38,101 nucleotides of DNA from a virus (IMGVR_UViG_3300028326_000010:1-38101), one strand, 5' to 3'; shown: positions 28,334 through 37,403, counted from the first letter of the stretch. Notes: generated by a model not told the origin, from the sequence alone. Made by a program: numbers and translations.

Positions 28334-29545
28334 GTGGCGAAAACAACTATTTATTGTGCGGAATGTGGAGCGAGCATCAATGTGTATGGCCGCAACCGTA
28401 CCGATGCCGACAGGAAGGCTGCTTGGCATGAACAAGTCGGCACTCTTTGCCCCAACTGCCAGGAAAAGAAAAACGCCTCTGAAAACGCCAAATATGCTGC
28501 GGCCAATGCGGCCGCTGGTTTGCCTCCGCTCTCTGGATCAGAAAAGCAGGTCGCTTGGGCCGAGACGCTTCGGGCCAAGGTTTTTCGCCAGATAGAGCAG
28601 GCCTTGCCTATCGCGAAGGCTGAAGACCCCGAAGCAGTCATCAAGGCAATGGTCCCTTCCATCGATACTTTTCAACTTGCCGAGAACGCCCGCAAACTTG
28701 GTCATATTCTTGAAACTCCGTTTGGAGATAAGGGGCTGGAGGCGTTTTTGACGGTCCTGCGGTCCAAGACCAGAGCGGTCTGGTGGATAGAAAATCCCCT
28801 TGGCGATCTTTTTTATCTAGCCCGACTTCTCCAGGATGAAATCAAGGGGGTTCTTCTCGGCGAACCGGAACCGTCTCCGGAACAAATCGAAGCCGAAGAA
28901 GAAGCTTTGCTGCGTCCAGCCGGCGAGCCTGTTTCGTCCATCATTATCGATGTCAGGCAGGAAGAGGGTCTGGTCGCGATCCGTTTCCCCAGTATGGAAA
29001 AAGCAAACGGAATCGTCCGCGACATGGGTTTCAAATGGTTCCGCGGGCGTTGGTTCCGTCAGATGAACGAGATGACCGGAGATACACTGGACAGGATGGC
29101 CGAGGTGGCCCAGCGGCTGGTTGCCGGAGGCTATCTTGTCCGCGTCAACGATGACCAGGCCAGGGAGCGGGCTGTATCCGGCAGGTTCGAGCCGGAGCAC
29201 CGGCGTTGGGTGTCCATGGACAGGGAAGGAAGGTTGGTCTTGTCCTGGGCTCGTGATGACGACCTGTACGACGTGGCTCGCCGCATTCTCGGGGCGCGGT
29301 ATAAGGATAAGCACATCCGTGTCCCGGTGGGCAGTATCGAGGAGGTGGCAGACTTTGCCGGGCATTACGATTTACGCATGACCGATGTGGTGCTGGCCGC
29401 TTTGGAACGGCACCGTCAGGCCGTTGCCGGCGGGGCTGTGGTTACCAATATCAAGGAGCCGCCAACGCCGATCAAGGGGGAAACGATCATCCCGACCTTG
29501 ACGGCTGAACCTTGTGACATCGCCCCGGAACTGGCCGAAGAGTAG
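28334..29545 (+). CDS. Zn-finger / LPxLxGSEKQVAWA protein with two possible HARP-like domains
   Basis: CAEC...CPNC; LPPLSGSEKQVAWAETLR; C-terminal alpha/beta repeats (GFKWFRGRW; GARYKDKHIRVP); GTG 28334 has a GGAG RBS. Confidence 0.75.
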   Translation: MAKTTIYCAECGASINVYGRNRTDADRKAAWHEQVGTLCPNCQEKKNASENAKYAAANAAAGLPPLSGSEKQVAWAETLRAKVFRQIEQALPIAKAEDPEAVIKAMVPSIDTFQLAENARKLGHILETPFGDKGLEAFLTVLRSKTRAVWWIENPLGDLFYLARLLQDEIKGVLLGEPEPSPEQIEAEEEALLRPAGEPVSSIIIDVRQEEGLVAIRFPSMEKANGIVRDMGFKWFRGRWFRQMNEMTGDTLDRMAEVAQRLVAGGYLVRVNDDQARERAVSGRFEPEHRRWVSMDREGRLVLSWARDDDLYDVARRILGARYKDKHIRVPVGSIEEVADFAGHYDLRMTDVVLAALERHRQAVAGGAVVTNIKEPPTPIKGETIIPTLTAEPCDIAPELAEE

Positions 29546-29548
29546 GGC

Positions 29549-30994
29549 ATGGCCAGAGAATTCGTCACCACCACGGACCTGCTGCCGCATCAACGGCCGG
29601 CCGTGGCCAAGCTGCTACCCACCCGCGCCGGGGCGATGTTCATGGACCCCGGTACGGGTAAATCCAGGGTGTTGCTGGAACTGGCCCGGCTGCGTCAGGA
29701 CAAATGGGACCGGTTGTTCTGGTTCACGCCCTGCGCCCTGCGTGACAACGTGCGCGAGCAGATACTTATTCACACCGACCTGTCGCCGACTGATGTCAAA
29801 ATTTGGAACGGCAGTCCGCTCGAACCGGCCAGTCTGGCCGCTATCCGCTTCCATGTCATTGGCATCGAGTCCATGAGCGCCAGTGATCGGACCGTCCTGG
29901 CCTATAACGCCATGCGTACAAGCAAGAGCTATGTGGCCGTGGATGAGTCCAGCTATATCAAGGGCTGGCACGCGCGGCGTTCCCAGCGCATCATCCGCAT
30001 GAGCGCCAAGACGCGGTACCGTGCCATCCTCACAGGTACGCCGTTCACCCAGGGCGCGGTCGACTTGTACAGCCAGATGTTTTTTTTGAGTCCGTCCATC
30101 CTGGGCTATCGTTCCTTCTGGAGTTTTGCGGCCAACCACCTGGAGTATGAAGAGCGCAAAAACGCCTTTGGGAAAAAGGTCCGCACCGGACGCATCCTGC
30201 GGAGCCACAACGAGGAGTATCTGGCGGCCAGGGTCGCGCCATACACCTATCAGATCCGCAAGGACGAATGCCTTGACCTGCCGGAGAAGCTCTACGAATC
30301 CCGATATTGTAGCCTGACCGGGGAACAAGAAGCATATTACGAGGAAGCCAAGTGGGAAATTCTCTCTCTTGACTACGACGACTGGAGCCCGATCAAAATT
30401 TTTCATCTCTTCACCAGTCTGCAAACCATTGTCTGCGGCTGGTGGAAGCGACCGAACGGTGCCCTCATTGAGATGCGGCACCGCCGCCTTGACCTGCTTC
30501 TGGCCACCCTGGAAGAAATACCGGATACGGAACAGGTCATCATCTGGGCCAAGTACCGCCCGGCCGTGCGCGCCATCTGCGAAGCCCTGGCCGGAATCCA
30601 TGGAGCGGAACAGGTTGTACCTTACCACGGGGGGCTGGCCCAGAAAGATTTGCCGCGCCAGCTCGACCGTTGGCGCTCTGGCGCCCGGTATCTGGTGGCC
30701 ACCCAGACCATCGGCGGCTACGGCCTGACCCTCAACGAGGCGGCCTACTCGGTTTTTTACGCGGACAGCTTCAAATATTCCGAGCGGGTCCAGGCCGAGG
30801 ACAGGACGCACCGCATCGGGCAGACGCGCCGTCCAGTCTATATCCGTTTGCGAAGCCTGTCCGGCATAGACGACAAAATAGCCTGGGCCTTGGAGCGCAA
30901 GGGAAACGCCCTGTCTGAGTTTCAGGAGCAGATCAACGTTTACAGGAAGCAAGGCTTGCGCAAAAACGCCATGGAACTGGTGAAAAATCTATGA
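29549..30994 (+). CDS. SNF2-family (SF2) helicase/ATPase
   Basis: LLPHQ, MDPGTGKS, VDESS, LTGTP, GYGLTL, QAEDRTHRIGQ. Confidence 0.95.
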   Translation: MAREFVTTTDLLPHQRPAVAKLLPTRAGAMFMDPGTGKSRVLLELARLRQDKWDRLFWFTPCALRDNVREQILIHTDLSPTDVKIWNGSPLEPASLAAIRFHVIGIESMSASDRTVLAYNAMRTSKSYVAVDESSYIKGWHARRSQRIIRMSAKTRYRAILTGTPFTQGAVDLYSQMFFLSPSILGYRSFWSFAANHLEYEERKNAFGKKVRTGRILRSHNEEYLAARVAPYTYQIRKDECLDLPEKLYESRYCSLTGEQEAYYEEAKWEILSLDYDDWSPIKIFHLFTSLQTIVCGWWKRPNGALIEMRHRRLDLLLATLEEIPDTEQVIIWAKYRPAVRAICEALAGIHGAEQVVPYHGGLAQKDLPRQLDRWRSGARYLVATQTIGGYGLTLNEAAYSVFYADSFKYSERVQAEDRTHRIGQTRRPVYIRLRSLSGIDDKIAWALERKGNALSEFQEQINVYRKQGLRKNAMELVKNL

Positions 30995-32283
30995 TCCAGC
31001 ATACGTTGCCCATATCGGTCTACGAAGCGGCCATGCGGCGCCTGGAGTATGTTTTCCGGGAGTTCGACAACGTGTACGTATCATTTTCCGGGGGCAAGGA
31101 TTCCGGCGTGCTGCTCAACCTGGCCCTGCACTACCTGCGGGAGCATGCCCCTGGCCGGCGCATCGGCATTTTCCATATCGACTATGAGGCGCAATACACG
31201 GCCACGACCGAATACGTGGACGCGGTCTATCGAGAACTGGCCATGTCCACTGACAACCTTCGATGCTGTGTGCCGCTCAAGTGCCCGACCTGCACCAGCA
31301 TGCACGAAACATTCTGGCGACCATGGGACCCGACCAAGCGGGAAATATGGGTGCGCGCACTGCCGGACCGGTACCTCGGCCCCGGCGACTTTGATTTCTT
31401 GACCCCGGAGATGACGGACTACGAGTTCCAGGTACGGTTCGCTCTGTGGCATCACGAGCGTGTCAGGGCTGGGCGCACCTGCGTGCTGGTGGGCATTCGG
31501 GCCCAGGAAAGCCTGGACCGATGGCGCACCATTGTCAGCGACAAGAATGTAAACAAATATAATAGTATACCCTGGACGACAAAGATATACCCGGACGTAT
31601 ATAATGCCTATCCGATCTACGACTGGAGCGCGGAGGATATTTGGACAGCCAATGCAAAGTTTGGCTGGCGCTACAATCACCTTTATGACTTGTTCTACCT
31701 TGCCGGCGTGCCGCTTCACCAGATGCGGGTGGCCAGCCCCTTCCACAACGCGGCCAAGGCTAGCTTGAGCCTGTACCGGGCCATCGATCCCGGGGTCTGG
31801 GGCCGCATGGTGAGCCGGGTAAACGGGGTTAATTTCACGGCCATCTACGGTGCCACAAAGGCCATGGGCTGGCGCGACGTGACCAAGCCGGACCATTTCA
31901 CCTGGCAGCAGTACGCCATGTTCCTATTGGATACCCTCCCCAAGGAAACGGCCGACGGCTTCCGGCAGAAGCTGGCCACGAGCATCAAGTTCTGGCGGGA
32001 GAAAGGGGGCTGCCTCTCTGAAGAGGCCATGAAAGACCTGCGCCGGGCCGGAATTCCCTTCGACGTGGGCGGTAAAACTAAGTATCGGACGGACAAACTC
32101 CCCATACGCATGGAGTATCAGGACGATGTGGAGAGTAAGGAGTTCCGGCTTATTCCGACCTGGAAGCGGCTGTGCGTGTGCATCCTCAAGAACGACCATG
32201 TTGGCAAATACATGGGATTCTCCCTCAACAAGGCCGAGATGGAACGGCGCCAGGCGACCATCGAAAAATACAGGAATCTCTAG
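30991..32283 (+). CDS. DUF3440 / PAPS-reductase (PP-loop) family protein, IbrA/YbdN-like
   Basis: SFSGGKDS PP-loop, HIDYEAQY, VGIRAQESLDR, YPIYDW, MRVASPF, RVNGVNF, WKRLCVCILKND. Confidence 0.9.
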   Translation: MIQHTLPISVYEAAMRRLEYVFREFDNVYVSFSGGKDSGVLLNLALHYLREHAPGRRIGIFHIDYEAQYTATTEYVDAVYRELAMSTDNLRCCVPLKCPTCTSMHETFWRPWDPTKREIWVRALPDRYLGPGDFDFLTPEMTDYEFQVRFALWHHERVRAGRTCVLVGIRAQESLDRWRTIVSDKNVNKYNSIPWTTKIYPDVYNAYPIYDWSAEDIWTANAKFGWRYNHLYDLFYLAGVPLHQMRVASPFHNAAKASLSLYRAIDPGVWGRMVSRVNGVNFTAIYGATKAMGWRDVTKPDHFTWQQYAMFLLDTLPKETADGFRQKLATSIKFWREKGGCLSEEAMKDLRRAGIPFDVGGKTKYRTDKLPIRMEYQDDVESKEFRLIPTWKRLCVCILKNDHVGKYMGFSLNKAEMERRQATIEKYRNL

Positions 32284-32285
32284 CT

Positions 32286-32726
32286 ATGGCCATACTGACC
32301 TATACCCAGGGTGAAAGCCCGGAATCGGATCGGGACCTGTTTTGCGCGGTCGGTCAGGCATTGGCCGACCAGGCCGTGCATGACGACCTCGGCATGGCGG
32401 TCACCAGCCGGGCCGGGGACATCTGGCACGTGTCCACTGGAAAGGACGGGACCCTCCATGGATTTTCCGTGACGCGGTTGCTTAAGAGTCAGAAGGCGGC
32501 CCATGTGCGCTACCTCTACGCGGCCAGGCGACATGTCCGTGTCAAGGACAGCCTGCTCAAGGCCGTGGTCGAGCTGGCGGAGCACAAGGAATTGAAGACG
32601 CTGTCCACCAGGGACCGCGTCAATGCCGTGATCTGGGGACGATTTGGATTCGAGGTGGTAACGGAACCGAAAAAACGACGCGGCGAATTTGTCCGTTGGA
32701 TGCGCCGGATGGAGGACAAGCCATGA
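32286..32726 (+). CDS. Putative GNAT-fold protein
   Basis: 146 aa; LHGFSV..HVRYLY..RR....SLL..VVE.A and W.RFGF resemble GNAT motifs A/B; no canonical RxxGxG. Confidence 0.55.
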   Translation: MAILTYTQGESPESDRDLFCAVGQALADQAVHDDLGMAVTSRAGDIWHVSTGKDGTLHGFSVTRLLKSQKAAHVRYLYAARRHVRVKDSLLKAVVELAEHKELKTLSTRDRVNAVIWGRFGFEVVTEPKKRRGEFVRWMRRMEDKP

Positions 32727-33265
32727 GCGCAAGCCCCGTCTACAATGTCCGGGCCGTGCCCATCGAGAAAATCCGGGCCAATGCCTACAACCCCAATGCC
32801 GTGGCCCCACCGGAAATGCGCCTCCTGGAGAAGTCCATTCGGGAGGACGGCTATACCATGCCCATCGTCTGCTATTATCTGCCGGACGAGGATGCGTACG
32901 AGATCGTGGACGGGTTCCATCGTTATCGGGTCATGCAGACCTGCGCGGACATCTACGCCCGCGAGGACGGAAAGATGCCAGTGGTTGTCATCGACAAGGA
33001 TATCTCCAATCGCATGGCCTCGACCATCCGGCATAATCGGGCACGTGGGACGCATTCCGTGGACCTCATGGTCAATATCGTGGCCGAGCTGGTCAAGTCT
33101 GGTATGTCCGACGACTGGATTGCCAAAAATATCGGCATGGACGCCGACGAGCTTTTGCGGCTCAAACAGATCAGCGGTATAGCGGAATTGTTCAAGGACC
33201 ATGAATTCGGCCGGGCCTGGGCGGCGAATGACAAGGATGAATTCTTCTACGAGGTGAAATCGTGA
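32723..33265 (+). CDS. ParB/sulfiredoxin-like protein, IbrB/YbdM-like
   Basis: ANAYNPNAVAPPEM.LL..SI.EDGYTMPIV, EIVDGFHR, MASTIRHNRARGTH, C-terminal HTH. Confidence 0.92.
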   Translation: MSASPVYNVRAVPIEKIRANAYNPNAVAPPEMRLLEKSIREDGYTMPIVCYYLPDEDAYEIVDGFHRYRVMQTCADIYAREDGKMPVVVIDKDISNRMASTIRHNRARGTHSVDLMVNIVAELVKSGMSDDWIAKNIGMDADELLRLKQISGIAELFKDHEFGRAWAANDKDEFFYEVKS

Positions 33266-33759
33266 TGGACTTGAACCAACCAGTGCGCAACTGGCTGCCC
33301 GTGATGATCTATCCAGGCTATGCCCCGGATCTTCCCGATCTGGTGGTGGGGATACTTCCCACGGTCATGGTGCCCCCTGGACGGCCTGGTGGAAATATCA
33401 AGGTCTGGATAGTTGAATCGCCGGAGGAAAATGATGCACTCCAGGCCGCTTTGGACAGGCCAATTTCCCTTCGTAATGGGTATCTTGATTTCAAAGAAAG
33501 TTTAGATTGCCACGTCAATGCTTCCTCACGATATGCCCGCAATATTGCCATGGTCTATGTCCCTCCCTTTGATGATTGGCCTTGGATTGTCCTTTTCCGT
33601 TGGCCAGAAGCCATAGGACGCGATGTCCAGGCCCAACGTGGACGCTACACGTATGAGATTTTTTATTCTGAGGGCGAGGCTCGAACATATTTCCAAACAG
33701 CCATGAAAAATCCTGGCGCAGCAGTTTTGCAACCTGTCAAACAGAGATTCGACCGATGA
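33265..33759 (+). CDS. Hypothetical protein
   Basis: Coupled to both neighbours by overlapping stop/start codons; lower GC. Confidence 0.7.
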   Translation: MDLNQPVRNWLPVMIYPGYAPDLPDLVVGILPTVMVPPGRPGGNIKVWIVESPEENDALQAALDRPISLRNGYLDFKESLDCHVNASSRYARNIAMVYVPPFDDWPWIVLFRWPEAIGRDVQAQRGRYTYEIFYSEGEARTYFQTAMKNPGAAVLQPVKQRFDR

Positions 33760-34451
33760 ATGCTGCATTTGATATCCTCGCCTCCCAGGAGGCCAAACGC
33801 CTGGGCGTGCATCGGACTACGTTGGTAGCGGCTATCAAGGCCGGGGCCTGCGATGGCGAGGAGCGCGATGGCCGATGGTATACTTCCTCAGCGGCGGCAG
33901 CGGCGTGGTATGCATCTCACTACCGGCACGCTGGGGCACTCTACAGCGACACGGTGGGGAGCCGCTGGGATGATGCTCGGCTGCTGGCCATGTTGGAGCG
34001 AGGAGTACCGGTCGAGGACATTGCCAAGGCTTTTGGCCGGACGCCCAAGGCAACGCAGATTAAGCTTGCGCATCTGCGGGCTGCCGGTAAAGCGCCGACG
34101 GCGGCTGACATCAAACTTATCCGGCGGAAAAAAGAAAAGATCGCAGAGGCAAAAGCGGTCCTGGCGGCAGAGGGAACCCCCCTAGACTGGTATCAGCAAC
34201 GTCGGCAGGAAGATCGGGACGGCCGCGTCCGGCTCCATCTCCACCCCGATGTCAAAGCGGCCTTTGAGAAAGAATTGCGCCGTCTCAATGTGGACAAGTC
34301 TCATGGGGAGCGGATTACTTTGGCCAAATGGGTCACCTGGGCTGGGCTGGCCGCCGTGGCCGACCCGGGAATCCTCGAAAAAGGCTTGCACGAGGCGGAA
34401 AATTTGGGCAAGGGGAAAGAAACAGTCGCCGCAAGGCGTGGGTTGAAATAG
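33756..34451 (+). CDS. Multi-HTH DNA-binding protein
   Basis: EAKRLGVHRTTL...GRWY (Xis-like wHTH) and W.D..L..M..RG...EDIAKAFGRT (second HTH). Confidence 0.75.
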   Translation: MNAAFDILASQEAKRLGVHRTTLVAAIKAGACDGEERDGRWYTSSAAAAAWYASHYRHAGALYSDTVGSRWDDARLLAMLERGVPVEDIAKAFGRTPKATQIKLAHLRAAGKAPTAADIKLIRRKKEKIAEAKAVLAAEGTPLDWYQQRRQEDRDGRVRLHLHPDVKAAFEKELRRLNVDKSHGERITLAKWVTWAGLAAVADPGILEKGLHEAENLGKGKETVAARRGLK

Positions 34452-34472
34452 TTGTTGTTAAAGGATTGTCCT

Positions 34473-34500
34473 AAGAAGGGCGGCTTCGGCCGCCTTTCTT
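34473..34500. terminator. Bidirectional terminator between convergent operons
   Basis: AAGAAGGGCGGC-TTCG-GCCGCCTTTCTT. Confidence 0.85.
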
Positions 34501-34903
34501 ATTTCCGGCAGATGCCGTCCGTGGCCTCGGCGTAGTCATTGGAAAATCCCAAATAACGCTTGAATTTTGCCGTGAGTGTTATTTGATCGCCTTTATTGAG
34601 CTTGACCGGATCGCAACCAGGCGAATCGGCCATGATAAATTTGTAGGTACTGCAATTGGGTTTCTCCCAATCCAGGGAGATGACGATGGGAGAATCGTCA
34701 CGAAGGGTCGTATCTGGCGCGACATCATTGACCCTGCCCGTCATTGTGAACGAAGTTCCCTGGCAAACCTTTCCGAGATTGACCTTTTGGAGCTTGGTCA
34801 AATTGCTGCCATTGAGCTGATCAATGAAATCTTTTGGACAGTCTTGGGCAGAGGCAAAGGGAGCCATAACCAGGATGGCTAGGAACGGGAGGATTTTTTT
34901 CAT
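34499..34903 (-). CDS. Secreted/periplasmic protein, possible OB fold
   Basis: Signal peptide MKKILPFLAILVMAPFASA; TGRVNDV and KLNKGDQITLTAKF. Confidence 0.75.
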   Translation of the reverse strand: MKKILPFLAILVMAPFASAQDCPKDFIDQLNGSNLTKLQKVNLGKVCQGTSFTMTGRVNDVAPDTTLRDDSPIVISLDWEKPNCSTYKFIMADSPGCDPVKLNKGDQITLTAKFKRYLGFSNDYAEATDGICRK

Positions 34904-35283
34904 GCCAGCTGCCAGCCTTTGCGGAGATAATGGGTGCGCATGATGCGCGCGGCGAAGATCGGGTAGACGAACCAGGAAATGCCTCCGGTAATGATGGCCA
35001 GGAGCAGCCCGGCCACGGCATGGGTCCAGACGCCCTTGGCCGCGAAATAGATGCAGCCGAACAGCAACACCCAGGCCCAGGCGCCGTCAATGCGCTCGAT
35101 ATGCCCGTTGTCCGGGTTGCGGAAGGCGTTGGCTTGGGAGGTGTCCGCGCCGGATTCGAAATTCCCGGGACTTTCTAGCCCAAAAGGCTTTCCGCAGACA
35201 GGGCAGTTTTTCATGCCGGCGATCTGGCTGGCATCAAACTCAATGCCACATGACGGGCATCGGGCAATGATCTTTTCATTCAT
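34900..35283 (-). CDS. Zn-ribbon plus membrane (DUF2628-like) protein
   Basis: CPSC...CPVC; WAWVLLFGCIYFAAKGVW; two TM helices; YLRKGW. Confidence 0.75.
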   Translation of the reverse strand: MNEKIIARCPSCGIEFDASQIAGMKNCPVCGKPFGLESPGNFESGADTSQANAFRNPDNGHIERIDGAWAWVLLFGCIYFAAKGVWTHAVAGLLLAIITGGISWFVYPIFAARIMRTHYLRKGWQLA

Positions 35284-35350
35284 TGAAGGGCCTCAATCTT
35301 CTGTCGTTGTCTATTCATGTATCTTGTACATTGTTAATTTATATAAATTC

Positions 35351-36118
35351 CTATGCGTTTTCTGCAATGTAATTAATGGCCTCCTCACTTCCTAGCGCTG
35401 CGGCCTCTATCATATCAGACATGGCTTTCTCTTTTTCACCCAATATATCAAAACAACGCCCACGGCTATAATAGGCAACAATTAATGCGGCCTTTGGAGT
35501 GTCCTGGCCTATAATCAATGTATAAGCACTCGCTGCTTCATTATATTTCTTATCCTCTACAAGGCGCAACCCAAGATCTATAAGACCATCAATCTGTTTG
35601 TCGCTACTCAGTATTATTTTGTTTGTATTTTTCGTTTCGACAGAATTTTTCTTGACAATCTTGTTTAGCATTTTCTGCATGATACCAATGAGTTCCTTTG
35701 CGTCTTCTGGCTCTTCTCCATAACTCCATCGCTCGTCATATATGTTATAACCCCACTTTCCTTCTTCACTATAAATATTAATCCAACCATCGTTTTCCGT
35801 TCGTGGAAGAAAGATATCATAAGGCGTTCCCCGAATGGCACCTCGTGCCAGGGCCTTGTCCGGGGGGAAGCCGCGTTTCTCGAAATTGGTATAACGATAG
35901 AGGGTGTCTTCATATTTGGCGAGGCAATCAGGAATCGCATCTTCGCCAAGGATACCTTGGAGGAGGTGCTTGCATAGACGGCGTGGGTCAGATTTTTGGA
36001 AGATCTGCCGCCGATCAATCCAGTCCCGGCAAGTGCAGGTTAGGGATTCAAGGTCGACACGGTATTCAATATCTGGATCGGATGCGCTGGCTACACGGAT
36101 GATATGGCCCATAGTCAT
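35351..36118 (-). CDS. SWIM Zn-finger plus TPR protein
   Basis: Y.VDL..LTCTC.D....LCKHL; C-terminal YNEA..AY...AYYSRG.....LG...KA..D; AT-rich. Confidence 0.8.
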   Translation of the reverse strand: MTMGHIIRVASASDPDIEYRVDLESLTCTCRDWIDRRQIFQKSDPRRLCKHLLQGILGEDAIPDCLAKYEDTLYRYTNFEKRGFPPDKALARGAIRGTPYDIFLPRTENDGWINIYSEEGKWGYNIYDERWSYGEEPEDAKELIGIMQKMLNKIVKKNSVETKNTNKIILSSDKQIDGLIDLGLRLVEDKKYNEAASAYTLIIGQDTPKAALIVAYYSRGRCFDILGEKEKAMSDMIEAAALGSEEAINYIAENA

Positions 36119-36141
36119 TTCCTTATTGAATGGGCTCCCCG

Positions 36142-36639
36142 TTATTCTTTTTCCCCTCGCCCAAAACCAGCCCCGGGCTCATGGATGTTATTATATCCAG
36201 GATCGGCCGGAGGCTCGGCCGTACAATAGCTTTTTTTGTCGCGGGTCTTGCCCATGGCGATGGCTTCGATGCCAGCGGCAATTTTCTCATTCGGCATCCC
36301 AAGCTCTGTTTGGATGCGCTTGTAGGTAAGCATCTCCCGTTGGGCTTGGCTCAGGTGCTCATCGAACTCTTCCTTTGGAATTGGTGATTTTTCGCATTTT
36401 GTATCATCGAATGGGTCACCCTCAAGAAGTAACAGCCAACGTGTTGAAAATTTACATTTTCGTGCTAATATTTCTAGATCATTGGATTGCGGTCGTTGCC
36501 CTTTCTCCCATGCCCGTATTTTCCCAACATTGATGCCAAGAAAGTCTGCGGCAGCTTGGGCGCTCCATGATTTCCCACTTCCTTCAAGCCGTTGAGAAAT
36601 TTCTTTTTTAATTATTTCAATTTGTTGTGCTATAGTCAT
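36142..36639 (-). CDS. cI-like XRE-family repressor without S24 peptidase domain
   Basis: SAQAAADFLGINVGKIRAWEKGQRP...WLL..EG; divergent from a cro-like gene. Confidence 0.85.
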   Translation of the reverse strand: MTIAQQIEIIKKEISQRLEGSGKSWSAQAAADFLGINVGKIRAWEKGQRPQSNDLEILARKCKFSTRWLLLLEGDPFDDTKCEKSPIPKEEFDEHLSQAQREMLTYKRIQTELGMPNEKIAAGIEAIAMGKTRDKKSYCTAEPPADPGYNNIHEPGAGFGRGEKE

Positions 36640-36696
36640 AAGAAATTTCTCTCAAATACAATAAATTTAGCGTGACAACCCGCTAAATTTCTCTCA
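36594..36696. promoter_or_regulatory. Immunity-region operators / divergent promoters
   Basis: AAATTT-centred sites at 36597, 36643, 36663, 36685; AAATTTCTCTCA twice; inverted repeat AAATTTAGCG-N8-CGCTAAATTT around GTGACA. Confidence 0.65.
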
Positions 36697-36874
36697 TACC
36701 CAAGCCAAGCGAATTGCAACGCAACAACAAACCCGCCCTGGCCGGGGCGGAAGCCAAGCGCGTCCGAGCCCATGACTAAAGACCACCGGACGTTCGCAGC
36801 CGGCCGGATGGAAAAAACGCCGCAGCGGGTTCGACAAAAGAAGCCCATCTGATCCCGCCTGAAGAGGTTAACTG

Positions 36875-37168
36875 ATGAAGAGTTTATGCGAAGAAATACG
36901 CAACAAATCAGAGGCCCGTCAAGTACAGCTCAAGGTCTTCCTGCTGGAGCATGGCCAACGCATCAAGGATTTGGCCAAACGACGGGGGATTTCACCCGGT
37001 GCGATGGGTGACGTCCTCAGTGGCCGACGTCCTAAGGCCGAGCATATCGAATGGCTGATCGGCCAGGGTATCCCGGCGGCCCTGCTTCCCGAGCCGGCCG
37101 TACGCCAGAAGACCGGCCCCAAGCCCAAACAGGCCGATGTCACCGATTCCACCCAGGCGGCCGCATGA
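36875..37168 (+). CDS. Cro/Ner-like HTH protein
   Basis: GAGG RBS; IKDLAKRRGISPGAMGDVLSGRR. Confidence 0.8.
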   Translation: MKSLCEEIRNKSEARQVQLKVFLLEHGQRIKDLAKRRGISPGAMGDVLSGRRPKAEHIEWLIGQGIPAALLPEPAVRQKTGPKPKQADVTDSTQAAA

Positions 37169-37403
37169 CCTCCCGCAAGCTCCCGACCGCCCAAGGCTCG
37201 AACAGCCCGCAGGCAGCGTCCCATTCGCGCACCTCGCGGCCTGCCCGGCGGCAGGGCTTGACCCAGCCTTCCGGTTCCTGCCGGCCGGTCAGCGTGCATA
37301 CCCATTCGATGCAGTCCTTACAGAGTGGCCCAACGGCATTTGGCATAATGTCAAATTCGCAGCCCCGGGGCTGCGCGTCCACGAGACTGTGAGAGGAAAA
37401 TCT

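Noticed and set aside
1298-29551. Many TAG stops are followed in frame by the next gene (1300, 11107, 20089, 24689, 26765, 29545), hinting at amber recoding
   Set aside because: Most downstream genes have their own RBS, often built from TAGG; TAA and TGA junctions (7853, 11866, 23076) show the same in-frame tendency; no conserved domain is interrupted by TAG; no suppressor tRNA seen
30991-32283. Auxiliary metabolic cysH (sulfate assimilation)
   Set aside because: 430-aa DUF3440 architecture without the C-terminal ECGLH motif of true PAPS/APS reductases
32723-33265. ParB as a plasmid-prophage partition protein
   Set aside because: Motifs are of the IbrB/YbdM type and no ParA or parS array is adjacent
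37137-37403. N-terminal extension of the cII-like ORF and overlapping ORF 37051-37392
   Set aside because: Good RBS and domain start at 37404; upstream translation is low-complexity, although a small gene at 37165-37392 cannot be excluded
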